From contig JANKJI020000002.1 in the NCBI GenBank assembly GCA_024626585.2, positions 115,119,803-115,144,745 of the forward strand: a stretch of DNA of 24,943 bases. The letters run 5' to 3'. This stretch comes from Ginkgo biloba. Taxonomy: Eukaryota > Plantae > Ginkgophyta. Of this stretch, positions 11,787-22,875 are shown one piece after another (positions within the stretch are counted from its first letter, which is position 1; each line of letters begins with the position of its first letter). Both the position numbers and the translations under genes were made by a program. The notes beneath the pieces were generated by a model that saw nothing but the letters and a program-made list of their open reading frames with translations, was not told the DNA's origin and ran no database searches.

Positions 11787-14135
11787 NNNNNNNNNNNNNN
11801 NNNNNNNNNNNNNNNNNNNNNNNNNNNNNNNNNNNNNNNNNNNNNNNNNNNNNNNNNNNNNNNNNNNNNNNNNNNNNNNNNNNNNNNNNNNNNNNNNNNN
11901 NNNNNNNNNNNNNNNNNNNNNNNNNNNNNNNNNNNNNNNNNNNNNNNNNNNNNNNNNNNNNNNNNNNNNNNNNNNNNNNNNNNNNNNNNNNNNNNNNNNN
12001 NNNNNNNNNNNNNNNNNNNNNNNNNNNNNNNNNNNNNNNNNNNNNNNNNNNNNNNNNNNNNNNNNNNNNNNNNNNNNNNNNNNNNNNNNNNNNNNNNNNN
12101 NNNNNNNNNNNNNNAACAAATGGTATCTGATAGGTAGCCCTAAGGCAAATCATGCCTCACACATCAGTTGTGGTTAATGGACCAATAAGGTAACTAATGA
12201 GTTTCTAAGAAATATATGCTTGAATGAGGCCATTTGGTTGTGGGAGGCCTGACAAAAAATTAGAAATGTGACAATCACATGGGTGTTGACCTTTTCTCGA
12301 ACAATGAAGAGGATTCTCTCACCTTTGCCTAGTAACAAAATTCTCAACCACTAGTGTAATTGAGTTTATATTACTCGAGGGGGCCATTTGTAGCAATGGT
12401 ATGGGTTGAGCTGTATAAAACAAGCATAAATTCCATAATTATAATGAACAACCATACTATGTGGGATAGTTTGAAAATAATGCAGCTTAAAAGAATGAAA
12501 TGTAGAAGAGAAACTATGAAGACGTTTGAGACATTGACTTATTGTAGGCTACTTAATATGGCTATAAAAGTACCTCCATATCCAGATGCATTATTTATTG
12601 CTGCTTGCTCTTTAATGCAACCTAAATATATACTTTAGACGTTATATTGGTCATCTCCAATTTTGGGTATTTGTTTGATGGAATACGTCATCGAATTGGG
12701 ACTGATCTTTGGAACATCTTTGTGGAAGTTTTCCAATTTGACTTGTTGTTGCAGGCAAGCACTCTCCTTTTTGAATTGTTCATTTGATTTCTTTTCCTGC
12801 CTCAATTTTGTCTTTTGCTATCTATAGATAAGGTCATTAGTCACCTACTATTAATAAACACTTATAGGTTGTGTGAATAAGCACACGAAGCATTCATTTA
12901 ATATATCAGTTCTCAGTTCAGTTTCAAGTTTCTATAGATGGTCATTGGATTACCATGAATATCAAAAGTAATTTTGATTGAGAAGCCATACAATCATCAA
13001 TTAAGTCTACATTTCCCCTTAATTTGAGCCAATTCTAAAAAGGTTATTTGTGTTTTTCTTGGAAAGGCACACACTTGCAACTTTCCTTTGCTGTTTATGA
13101 GTTTCATTCACTTTTATTGCACAAGCATGATGTGAGTATTGGCTTTGAACAATGCATGATAATCTTTTGTAAGGATTATTATGGTACAAGGAATTAAAGG
13201 TAATTAATTACATTGAGATGAGGCCTCTCTTGGGTGCTTCCAGGCCATATTGGGAAAGTGGACAATGAGTGATAGTGTAGCTTTGTTAGGCTAATGGGCA
13301 TGCTTGTGAAAAATATAGATTGGGAAGAGATGAACATTTAATGGCTGGATTTTCATTCTTATCTTTAGCAAGAAAAATATATGTTTATTCCATTATGCTA
13401 ACAGCCAACTATGAAGAGAAATACCCATATTTCAAGCCTACTTATCTCACTCTTTGTCATGGATCTAATGTTTCACTCAAAGAAATTTGCATACACATTG
13501 GTGCAACAAACAAGGTCTGGCCTTGTTTTAGATTGAACATAGGGCATGGGTCTAACACTTCCTACATTAGTAACCCTAGGGGTTAGCACCCCAAGTAGAC
13601 TTCATCCATACTACATTAGCTAGTAGGCTCCACTCTCACACCACCTTATCAGCTAGTGTTCCATGCTTGTTAATGCACAAGAGCATCACGGCAACTGTGG
13701 TCATTTCTGAGGCAAGTCACATTCACCCAACGCAATGCAATGGAAGTACACCTCTTGTGTTGGTGCCACAATGTACTTTTGGCACACTAACCTCACCTCA
13801 TAGAGACATTTGGTTTTCCTCACTCCAGAGGGACTTTAGGCCATATCAAGTTGATCTGTCTTTGTGGGTATTTTCATAGAAACATCAAGTTTGTCTCATT
13901 TTCCAGGGACTTTTGTCAGAATTGTCAAGCCTCACCCCACAAGTGCTATTGGCATTAAATTTCTAGTAGCTGTCCTCACCTTGCATGATATGAGGTCTAC
14001 GGAAATTTTGTGTATAGCGTTGCTTGCATAAGTCGTAAGTTGTTTCTCATCAATTGTACATCATAAATGGCATAAACCCATCATTTATTTAAGCAAGACA
14101 ATACAAATCAACATGCTTTGTTATTAGTTATTACC

Positions 14136-15029
14136 TAAGTTACCAGGAAACGGGAGCGGGAGCAGGANNNNNNNNNNNNNNNNNNNNNNNNNNNNNNNNN
14201 NNNNNNNNNNNNNNNNNNNNNNNNNNNNNNNNNNNNNNNNNNNNNNNNNNNNNNNNNNNNNNNNNNNNNNNNNNNNNNNNNNNNNNNNNNNNNNNNNNNN
14301 NNNNNNNNNNNNNNNNNNNNNNNNNNNNNNNNNNNNNNNNNNNNNNNNNNNNNNNNNNNNNNNNNNNNNNNNNNNNNNNNNNNNNNNNNNNNNNNNNNNN
14401 NNNNNNNNNNNNNNNNNNNNNNNNNNNNNNNNNNNNNNNNNNNNNNNNNNNNNNNNNNNNNNNNNNNNNNNNNNNNNNNNNNNNNNNNNNNNNNNNNNNN
14501 NNNNNNNNNNNNNNNNNNNNNNNNNNNNNNNNNNNNNNNNNNNNNNNNNNNNNNNNNNNNNNNNNNNNNNNNNNNNNNNNNNNNNNNNNNNNNNNNNNNN
14601 NNNNNNNNNNNNNNNNNNNNNNNNNNNNNNNNNNNNNNNNNNNNNNNNNNNNNNNNNNNNNNNNNNNNNNNNNNNNNNNNNNNNNNNNNNNNNNNNNNNN
14701 NNNNNNNNNNNNNNNNNNNNNNNNNNNNNNNNNNNNNNNNNNNNNNNNNNNNNNNNNNNNNNNNNNNNNNNNNNNNNNNNNNNNNNNNNNNNNNNNNNNN
14801 NNNNNNNNNNNNNNNNNNNNNNNNNNNNNNNNNNNNNNNNNNNNNNNNNNNNNNNNNNNNNNNNNNNNNNNNNNNNNNNNNNNNNNNNNNNNNNNNNNNN
14901 NNNNNNNNNNNNNNNNNNNNNNNNNNNNNNNNNNNNNNNNNNNNNNNNNNNNNNNNNNNNNNNNNNNNNNNNNNNNNNNNNNNNNNNNATACGGGATATG
15001 GGACCCTAGGGGCGGATCTTGGTAATTTA
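14136..15029. mobile_element. Non-autonomous TIR DNA transposon (hAT/MITE-like); interior lies in a gap
   Basis: Left end taagttaccagga; right end tcttggtaattta (reverse complement taaattaccaaga), an 11/13 match. Subterminal cggga repeats are present. No TSD found. Confidence 0.6.
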
Positions 15030-16103
15030 ACTGTGGAAGAAACCTATGCTTGAAATTCTAGTGTCAAAGGTCCAAGGGTAACAATGATTTAAGTTAGCAT
15101 TAAACCAACATCAAGCATGCTAACTAATCAAACGTAGCTATAGTAAATTAGACAGCAAACTACTGTAGTAAGATTGAATCAATCCTATAGAATGTCATGC
15201 AGAAACCCTTTGCCTGGAGCCATCTAAGGCCCTAGGGTCATCACATAAGTCAGAATTAACCAAAAGACTATCTGGGACAGTCATAACAGGTGTCTAATCT
15301 GTTCAGACCTTGGTCATGTAAGAGAGGAGCTTGCATTTAACAGTCCCAGGTTCTAATAAGCATCACAGTAAATCTGTGGGACAAAATCCTAACAGTACTT
15401 CAGTACCTAAGGCAGGCTGGCAGTCCTAAAGATATCAGTCCGTTTACAGGACTGTTGCTGTACATATCCGACCAGAAAAAAACACATGCATACTTCTTTC
15501 CTAAAATAGGAATTGAGCATTAACACAGCAGACAATGACTCCAAACATTGACTCCAGATGTTTTAGTATTGAAAACTCTAATAAGACATGTATACATGCA
15601 CAAAATAAGCAAATTGCATGATGAAGAGAGTTGGGGTTTATAAATGCACTGTGACACAGATGAAAATTAATGATAATAAATTCTCTAAGTGTAGCTACCC
15701 CATTATGGAGGAAGATGTCCTTATAAAGTCTCTAGATGTCTTAAACAAGTACAGTTAACTCCCTTTTGGCATAAAATGATAGTAGAGAGGAAGAGTAAAC
15801 TTGACTGAGAACAGAAATGGTAATCATGATTGCCATAATGAGCACTGGACCCTTTTAAACAAAAATTGTGCCTTAAAATCTTGCCACACTTCATGATTCT
15901 GGAGCCTGTCTTTGAATTATCCATACCAATCTTCATGGGAAGGCACCTTCTCTTCCTTCTAAGTTGTTCATATGCTAGCTTTATTAGCCTTTATTTGGTT
16001 CACAAGAGGTGTCATATTGTCCTGTAACAATCATGAATGAATAAGTCGCTGCTTCTTTTGACTATTAATGTGCCGACTGAGGGATGGTAAACATGGGGTG
16101 CAG

Positions 16104-16250
16104 ATTTTGTATAAACTGATTATGGTTGTTTTGCAACCTTTGTTCCAATACTTTCACTTTATCTAAGAGAATCAAGATTTATATTTGATCACTCAACTTG
16201 TTTTTGAGGATTTGTCTAATAAGGATGAGTATATTGTGGCACATGTAATG
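16104..16250 (+). pseudogene. Possible 147-nt phase-0 exon with one in-frame stop; product unknown
   Basis: tgcag| ILYKLIMVVLQPLFQYFHFI*ENQDLYLITQLVFEDLSNKDEYIVAHVM |gtaagt. Strong donor site and a length divisible by 3. Confidence 0.35.
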
Positions 16251-16638
16251 GTAAGTGAATGGAGACATGAGGTTAATGAAATTTTAGATAATTTTGATGG
16301 AATGGAAAAATAAAAGTTTTAACTGTATTATTGGAAAGATACTATATAAAGCCACTTTAGCTAGTTATTTGAATGGAAATCCTATGTTCTAAGAATATAG
16401 GTTGACTAAAGTAAAGAAAGGAGTTTGTTTTACAAGAGAGGCAATAGTTATAAAACCAAATAAATCTATTATGTTAGGTATTGGGTCATATTTTGAAGTA
16501 TTATTTGAGAATAAGACACAACCTTTAAATTATGAAGNNNNNNNNNNNNNNNNNNNNNNNNNNNNNNNNNNNNNNNNNNNNNNNNNNNNNNNNNNNNNNN
16601 NNNNNNNNNNNNNNNNNNNNNNNNNNNNNNNNNNNNNT

Positions 16639-16961
16639 AACACACCACTTCACATGGTAGCTTATGTTGTTAATCCAAAGTGGTATGACACATAAAAGAC
16701 AAGGAAGAGGGCACCATTTAGTGATGACGAGGTTGCATGTGGGTTCATGGCATTCATTAAAAAACTTTTTGGTGATAGATAGGAAGGGGCTTTGATTCGA
16801 AGGCAGTTTGCAACATTTGTTCGAGGGCGAAGCAACTTTGGATCAAATGAGGCAAAGAGACATTTGAGCATGGTTGATCCAACAGATTGGTGGACTCTCC
16901 ATGTCACAAATTATAAAGAGTTTCAGATATTTGCTACACGTTTACTTTCCCAGGTGGCAAG
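16639..16961 (+). pseudogene. hAT transposase C-terminal region (start of the dimerisation domain), decayed and truncated by an LTR
   Basis: Single frame NTPLHMVAYVVNPKWYDT*…DDEVACGF…PTDWWTLHVTNYKEFQIFATRLLSQVAS, matching the hAT motifs PLH.AAY.LNP and P..WW…….L…A.R.LSQ..S. Two stops. Confidence 0.9.
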
Positions 16962-17276
16962 TGTTAGAATATATGTTTAATGTTTACATAATGTAATCAG
17001 GGCCACAACCTAATGTTGTGATACCTAGGTCATTAACAAGGGTCAAAGTGTCATAGGGGTGAGTCGTCCCTGTGTTGACACATGTTGGGAGTTATTGGAC
17101 AAGTGTCATGTCTAGAAAAGACCGTTACTGAATGTAAAATGTATTTATACATATGGAGGCATTGTACATATTGAAGCAGAGTTAATGAAATTGAAAATAG
17201 ACCAATTCTACGAGATTTTTGGTGTTCTGTGTTATTTTTTTGGATATTAGATCAATTTTGGCATTCTGTTTCTACA
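16962..17276 (+). mobile_element. 5' LTR (315 bp) of a plus-strand LTR retrotransposon
   Basis: TGTTAGAA…TTCTACA termini. Starts exactly where hAT homology stops and is followed by a PBS. Confidence 0.85.
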
Positions 17277-17278
17277 TT

Positions 17279-17290
17279 TGGTATCAGAGC
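17279..17290 (+). promoter_or_regulatory. Primer-binding site for tRNA-iMet
   Basis: tggtatcagagc, 2 nt after the LTR-terminal CA. Confidence 0.92.
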
Positions 17291-17761
17291 TTAGGGATAT
17301 CCTTAGCCTAAATTGGATTAGGTTCATGTGTTTAAGTGAATCTGGGAGTGATGTTTGGGCTTGTTCGTTAAATTTTCTAGGGTGAGAGATTTCTAGTGGT
17401 TGTTGTAAACTGTGAAAGTTTTTTTTTTTGAGATTAAAAGCCTGGTTTATTTTTAAGGTGAATTAGTCCGTTGTTCACTATTTTTTTCTTCGTGGTTACA
17501 GTTTCGAATATTTGAATTTCTGTGAGTAAAATCCTGCAGTTAAGTTTTGAATCACTGGTGGACGATAGACGCACGTGGGTTTATTGGTTTGTAGCTGCCT
17601 GTAGAGGACGCTGTGCAAGGAGGCTGTTGCCGGAAGTGGGAAGTGTGAGAATCGTTTGTTGNNNNNNNNNNNNNNNNNNNNNNNNNNNNNNNNNNNNNNN
17701 NNNNNNNNNNNNNNNNNNNNNNNNNNNNNNNNNNNNNNNNNNNNNNNNNNNNNNNNNNNNN

Positions 17762-19019
17762 AAACTTTGTGAAGACTTCTAAGATGAAAATCTTAGCAAT
17801 ATCATTACCCTTGTGGGTCATTTTGCACGAAATAAATCTTGCCATCTTTGTAAGTCAATGAACCACCTCCAAAATTTGATAATGTTACCACTGTGACTTT
17901 GGTAAGGAGGTTATGAAATCTATGGATATACTTTCCCACTTGCCCTTAAGAATAGGCAATGAGACTAATAATCCTCTTGGTGGATCTTTATCTGCTTTAT
18001 TCACTTGGCATATTTCACATGTTTGGATATAATTTGCAATTTATTTTCTTATGTTTGTCCAATAAACATATTTCCTTGCAGATTCATATGTCTTATCTCT
18101 CTCTACATGGCTTGCAAACGGATTGTCATGTAATTCATATAGAATTTTATACTTCTCCTTTGCAATGTCTAAGATAACCACTCTATCCCTATACCATAGT
18201 AGTCCATTGTGATAAGACATATTTTGTACATGCTCACCATTAAGTACGATTTGCCTCACCTCTTGACTGCATTTTTCTTGGTCTTATTTATCTTGGATTT
18301 CTATAGTAATTTTGTAAGGGGTGCGGTCAAATTGGAGAAATTCAATACAAATCTCCTATAGAAACTAGGCAATCTAAGGAAACTCCCTATTTCATGAACA
18401 TTAATTATTGTTCTCCACTCATGGACCACTTTGATCTTTTTAGGATCCATAGCTTTTCCTTGTGCTGTCACTACATGCCCCTAATATTCTATGTCATCTT
18501 TGCAAAACTCACACTTAGATAATTTGGCATATAGTTTTTCCTTCTTTAATAGTTCCACAACCTTATGAAGAGGTTCTTTATGCTCTTCCTTGCTCTTACT
18601 ATAGACCATGATGCTATCAAGGAATATGACCACAAAATTATCCCAAGAAAGGCCTCACAATATTGTTCACCAATCTCAAAAATTTGGTTGGAGCATTTGN
18701 NNNNNNNNNNNNNNNNNNNNNNNNNNNNNNNNNNNNNNNNNNNNNNNNNNNNNNNNNNNNNNNNNNNNNNNNNNNNNNNNNCTTCTTAGATCCATTTTTG
18801 GGAAAACAACTGCTCCCTTCATTGTGTTCAAAAGATCATCAATTCTAAGTAGAGGATATTTATCCTTGATAGTGACTTTATAAGTGCTCTATAATCCTCA
18901 CACATTCTCATCGACCCATCCTTCTTAACAAATAAGATAGGTGCTTCAAAATGAGATTTAAATGGCGTAATAAAACTTTGTTCAAGAAATTCTTATATTT
19001 GTTTGTCTATCTCATCCTT
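17762..19019 (-). pseudogene. Ty3/gypsy (chromovirus-like) pol remnant: RT joined directly to integrase
   Basis: RT: KDEIDKQI*EFLEQSFI…[21 protein letters not shown]…[12 protein letters not shown]…KMDLR; VVIFLDSIMVYSKS…LYAKLSKCEF…SFLRLPSFYRRFV. Integrase: ELHDNPFASH…WTNIRK*…CEICQ…KWESISIDFITSLPK…LTKMARFI. RT precedes integrase, the gypsy order. Confidence 0.93.
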
Positions 19020-19798
19020 NNNNNNNNNNNNNNNNNNNNNNNNNNNNNNNNNNNNNNNNNNNNNNNNNNNNNNNNNNNNNNNNNNNNNNNNNNNNNNNNN
19101 NNNNNNNNNNNNNNNNNNNGTCTCCATCTGTGGTAGGTGAAAATAAAGGCAACGACAACCATGGGTCGAAGATGAAGAATGTAGTAAATCAATGGAACTC
19201 TGGTTGACAATAGCGCCACAACGAGGATCCATTTGGTGAGTGAAGAGCCTCACGGCCATGGGAGAACAAATTTGGCGACGATGATAGAAGTTTGTTCTGC
19301 CATGGTGATGGAGCAGAAAACTGAAACCCTCTCACAGATTGATGGCAAATTAATGAAGAATGAGCGATGAAATATTGTTGAACAACGGGAACCATTCTTG
19401 GGTGAAATACATCGAGAAAATCGTTTGAAGGTCTTCAGATTCGGTTGAAGTCAGTGGATGACTGTTGGTGAATACAATTTGTGTGACAATAGTGATGGAC
19501 GTTGGCAGATTCGATGATAATGTGCAAAGCGATTTCAAAATTGTGGCATCCATGGAAAGGGAGCGATCAACGACATTCGAAGGTAGAGTCGATGATAATC
19601 TGCTAGTGATGGCAATTAATATTGCAAAGTTGTCGTTGTGGATCGAAGGCCAAGCAAGGAGGCAGATCAATTCGGGAGAGCAGGCCCGGTGCAAGAGATT
19701 CGAAGTGTCAATCGGTGGCGAATCGATTCGGAGTGAACATTAGCGGGCGGTGGTGAAAAGCAGGCGTTTCAAATTTTTGAAAAATTTAGGTTTACAAT

Positions 19799-19810
19799 GC
19801 TCTGATACCA
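19799..19810 (-). promoter_or_regulatory. Primer-binding site for tRNA-iMet (minus strand)
   Basis: gctctgatacca is the reverse complement of tggtatcagagc and lies 3 nt from a TG LTR terminus at 19814. Confidence 0.9.
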
Positions 19811-19813
19811 AAA

Positions 19814-20237
19814 TGAAGAAAACTTGATAAACCAATACAAGAGAAGCAATGCTAACATAATCTTAAAATAGTGCAAAAACGAAATAATAAGAACACATCC
19901 ACAAGAATACAGAAGATATTTACCTTGGGAAACCCTTTCGGGAGAAAACCCAACAAAAGCAACACTTTATTAGATATCAAATCGAGTGCTCTAAAGACCC
20001 CTCACTTCATCATAGTATCATCTTTTTCGCCTTCACTATATACAAGTATATATAGACACACCAATACAAAAAACTACCAAGCGATAATACATAACTATGG
20101 GATCAAAACCATGGACCCCTATATCTGCCCAAAACATTAACCATGGGGGATCCCACCCCTTCACCCCCACCTGGGGGGCCACTACCCCCCTAGACCCCCT
20201 ACTAGGGGCCTACCCTGGCCCCTCGACACCCCTTATT
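19814..20237 (-). mobile_element. 5' LTR (partial) of a minus-strand element, probably the owner of pol at 17762-19019
   Basis: TG terminus adjacent to the PBS, TATA-like motif at ~20037-20053, C-rich repeats at 20110-20235. Other end is in a gap. Confidence 0.7.
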
Positions 20238-20504
20238 NNNNNNNNNNNNNNNNNNNNNNNNNNNNNNNNNNNNNNNNNNNNNNNNNNNNNNNNNNNNNNN
20301 NNNNNNNNNNNNNNNNNNNNNNNNNNNNNNNNNNNNNTCAACAATAACAATGACGAAACAACAATGATTCCCAAAACCCCATTGAGTAACTCTTCTACTG
20401 CATCCTTCAATGGCGATAAATATCGATCATTCATCAGCCGATATAAACGAAGGATCGAAATGATCACCAACAATGACTTTGGCCAGCAATATGTTGCAAA
20501 ATAA

Positions 20505-20570
20505 TCAGAAACATTTTCTATGAACTATAGGCGGACCCGATTCGTCGTACTCGGCTTTAGTAATCCACAT
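20505..20570 (-). CDS. ACT: Actin, terminal coding exon only (possibly a gene fragment)
   Basis: Minus strand …tgtgcag|ATG TGG ATT ACT AAA GCC GAG TAC GAC GAA TCG GGT CCG CCT ATA GTT CAT AGA AAA TGT TTC TGA = [21 protein letters not shown]. The 66-nt length and phase-0 acceptor match the conserved last intron position of land-plant actins. Confidence 0.95.
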   Translation of the reverse strand: MWITKAEYDESGPPIVHRKCF

Positions 20571-20908
20571 CTGCACAATATTCATAACCAAAGCAAAACG
20601 AATTAAATTCTTGCAAAAACAAAGCCCAAATACAAACTAAGATGCTTAAAAGTTCTAGGACCAATCATTTCATTTTCCTCTAAAAGTCCCTGATTTAGGG
20701 AAATCTCTGAATGCATTTTCACACTGAAGCACTGTCAGAGTGGAATTCAATATCCTAGAGGATTACTCTTATTTCTTTACTTCTCAGGCATTTCTCCTTG
20801 ACTTTTTCTGAGAGTCTTAATATCGCAAAATGGTCAAACTTCATTTTATCATTNNNNNNNNNNNNNNNNNNTTTGGCTTTGTTTTAATGTTTATGTTTTC
20901 ATTTTAAG

Positions 20909-21045
20909 GTTGGTGAATGATGTGGAGAAGTTGTTGGATAGTATAGAGCCTTTTGATGATACTAGCAACAATGAGGATGCCCAAGAATCCGTCTTGCCAA
21001 ATATCGTGGTTGGTCCAAAGATGTTCTTGGCTTCTCTTTCAAGGC
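20909..21045 (+). CDS. Internal exon of an unidentified host gene
   Basis: T-rich tract, ttttaag| acceptor, open frame LVNDVEKLLDSIEPFDDTSNNEDAQESVLPNIVVGPKMFLASLSR, and |gtatgt donor. Confidence 0.65.
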
Positions 21046-22193
21046 GTATGTAATTGAAATCTTTTAACTAAACTGTTTTTCATAGGAAGATCTAGTTCTT
21101 GATGAGATTTTCAACTTCAGAGTTGATCAAAAGATGGTCTTGGCTTTTCTTTCAAGGTGTACATAATTCAAGTCATGGGAATTAAATTTTTTTTCATAGG
21201 AATTTCTACCTTTTTTACTCTAGTCTCTAGGCATCCATTCAAAGTTTATAATTCCAAGTCGAAAAGAAAATATAAACTTTATTCTAGTGCAGTAAACTGT
21301 GTATTACTATATCCTTGCATGATTTTCATGGCCGCCAAGATACAACTTCCGAGTTCTTATGTAACTCTTGACTTGGGCACCATCTTATCTGTTTCAGNNN
21401 NNNNNNNNNNNNNNNNNNNNNNNNNNNNNNNNNNNNNNNNNNNNNNNNNNNNNNNNNNNNNNNNNNNNNNNNNNNNNNNNNNNNNNNNNNNNNNNNNNNN
21501 NNNNNNNNNNNNNNNNNNNNNNNNNNNNNNNNNNNNNNNNNNNNNNNNNNNNNNNNNNNNNNNNNNNNNNNNNNNNNNNNNNNNNNNNNNNNNNNNNNNN
21601 NNNNNNNNNNNNNNNNNNNNNNNNNNNNNNNNNNNNNNNNNNNNNNNNNNNNNNNNNNNNNNNNNNNNNNNNNNNNNNNNNNNNNNNNNNNNNNNNNNNN
21701 NNNNNNNNNNNNNNNNNNNNNNNNNNNNNNNNNNNNNNNNNNNNNNNNNNNNNNNNNNNNNNNNNNNNNNNNNNNNNNNNNNNNNNNNNNNNNNNNNNNN
21801 NNNNNNNNNNNNNNNNNNNNNNNNNNNNNNNNNNNNNNNNNNNNNNNNNNNNNNNNNNNNNNNNNNNNNNNNNNNNNNNNNNNNNNNNNNNNNNNNNNNN
21901 NNNNNNNNNNNNNNNNNNNNNNNNNNNNNNNNNNNNNNNNNNNNNNNNNNNNNNNNNNNNNNNNNNNNNNNNNNNNNNNNNNNNNNNNNNNNNNNNNNNN
22001 NNNNNNNNNNNNNNNNNNNNNNNNNNNNNNNNNNNNNNNNNNNNNNNNNNNNNNNNNNNNNNNNNNNNNNNNNNNNNNNNNNNNNNNNNNNNNNNNNNNN
22101 NNNNNNNNNNNNNNNNNNNNNNNNNNNNNNNNNNNNNNNNNNNNNNNNNNNNNNNNNNNNNNNNNNNNNNNNNNNNNNNNNNNNNNNNNNNAA

Positions 22194-22875
22194 AACTGTT
22201 GTGGGCCAAATAAGTATGCTAATGATACTTCTGATACCAAAAGTTGTGAACATTCTGTTTTGACTCAAGTGTGTGATATACTAAATTGTCCAACCCTAGA
22301 GACAGCATATGTGAATTCTGGACAAGATGACAGTCTTTTGGAAGAGCTTGCAGATCAACTTAACGAGCATTCCAAGGGAGGTTTGGGAGTTGAGGGTTTG
22401 AATGAAGATTGTGTGGATGAAACCATAGAGTGTTCGGAAGAACCAGTAGGCAATAAAATTGCATCTGTAGTAATAAAACACTCAGAAGAGCAGTCAGGTG
22501 ATCAAATTGGTATATCATTTGGGAAGGTGGTGGTTCAAACTGCTGGAAATGCTGAAGAAAAATCCAGTAGTCAAGTTCAGATCTCAAATGATGTATCTTG
22601 TGGAAATTTACCCTCCTCGGATTTGTTTGAGACAGCAAGGGAAGATAAGTTTGATAACCAAGTTCACAATATACAGAAACAGCGGAAAAGATACCGCTTA
22701 GATGATCTGATAGCAGACGTGGTCATGGCAGAATGCCAGTTCCATCAACAGATTTTATATCATTTTGATCTTGCACCATTGTCCTCAAGCTTGGCAACTG
22801 GCATTTCTTCCTTGCACCATGGAGAGCATTTAACAAGTATCAGTTTTAGACAACTACTTGAAGCATCCAAAGTCG
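22194..22875 (+). CDS. 3' part of a large internal exon of an unidentified host gene (acidic, Ser-rich region followed by a probably folded segment)
   Basis: The frame is open from the gap edge (NCCGPNKYANDTSDTKS…) for ~227 codons to …RYRLDDLIADVVMAECQFHQQILYHFDLAPLSSSLATGISSLHHGEHLTSISFRQLLEASKV G|gtcagt, followed by T-rich intron. A tttcag acceptor sits at 21392-21397, just before the gap. No TE motifs. Confidence 0.72.

Noticed and set aside
13520-14000. LTR-like non-coding blocks (also 4820-5420 and 15030-15720)
   Set aside because: Composition suggests repeats, but no termini, PBS/PPT or TSD could be established.
19350-19743. ORFs of 114 aa (minus) and 92 aa (plus) downstream of the PBS
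   Set aside because: No gag or other motif recognised; consistent with retroelement leader sequence.
20650-20705. Hairpin plus CTAG as a Helitron 3' end explaining the actin capture
   Set aside because: The stem is only ~5 bp, lies ~30 nt from the CTAG, and is not followed by T; too weak to support.
22229-22239. ttctgatacca resembling a minus-strand tRNA-Met PBS
   Set aside because: It lies inside an open plus-strand exon (…TSDTKS…), lacks the full gctctgatacca match, and has no adjacent LTR.
21157-22268. Long ORFs (271-368 aa) in the ORF track
   Set aside because: Artefacts of reading through N runs; the same applies to the ORFs at 11748-12177 and other X-containing ORFs.
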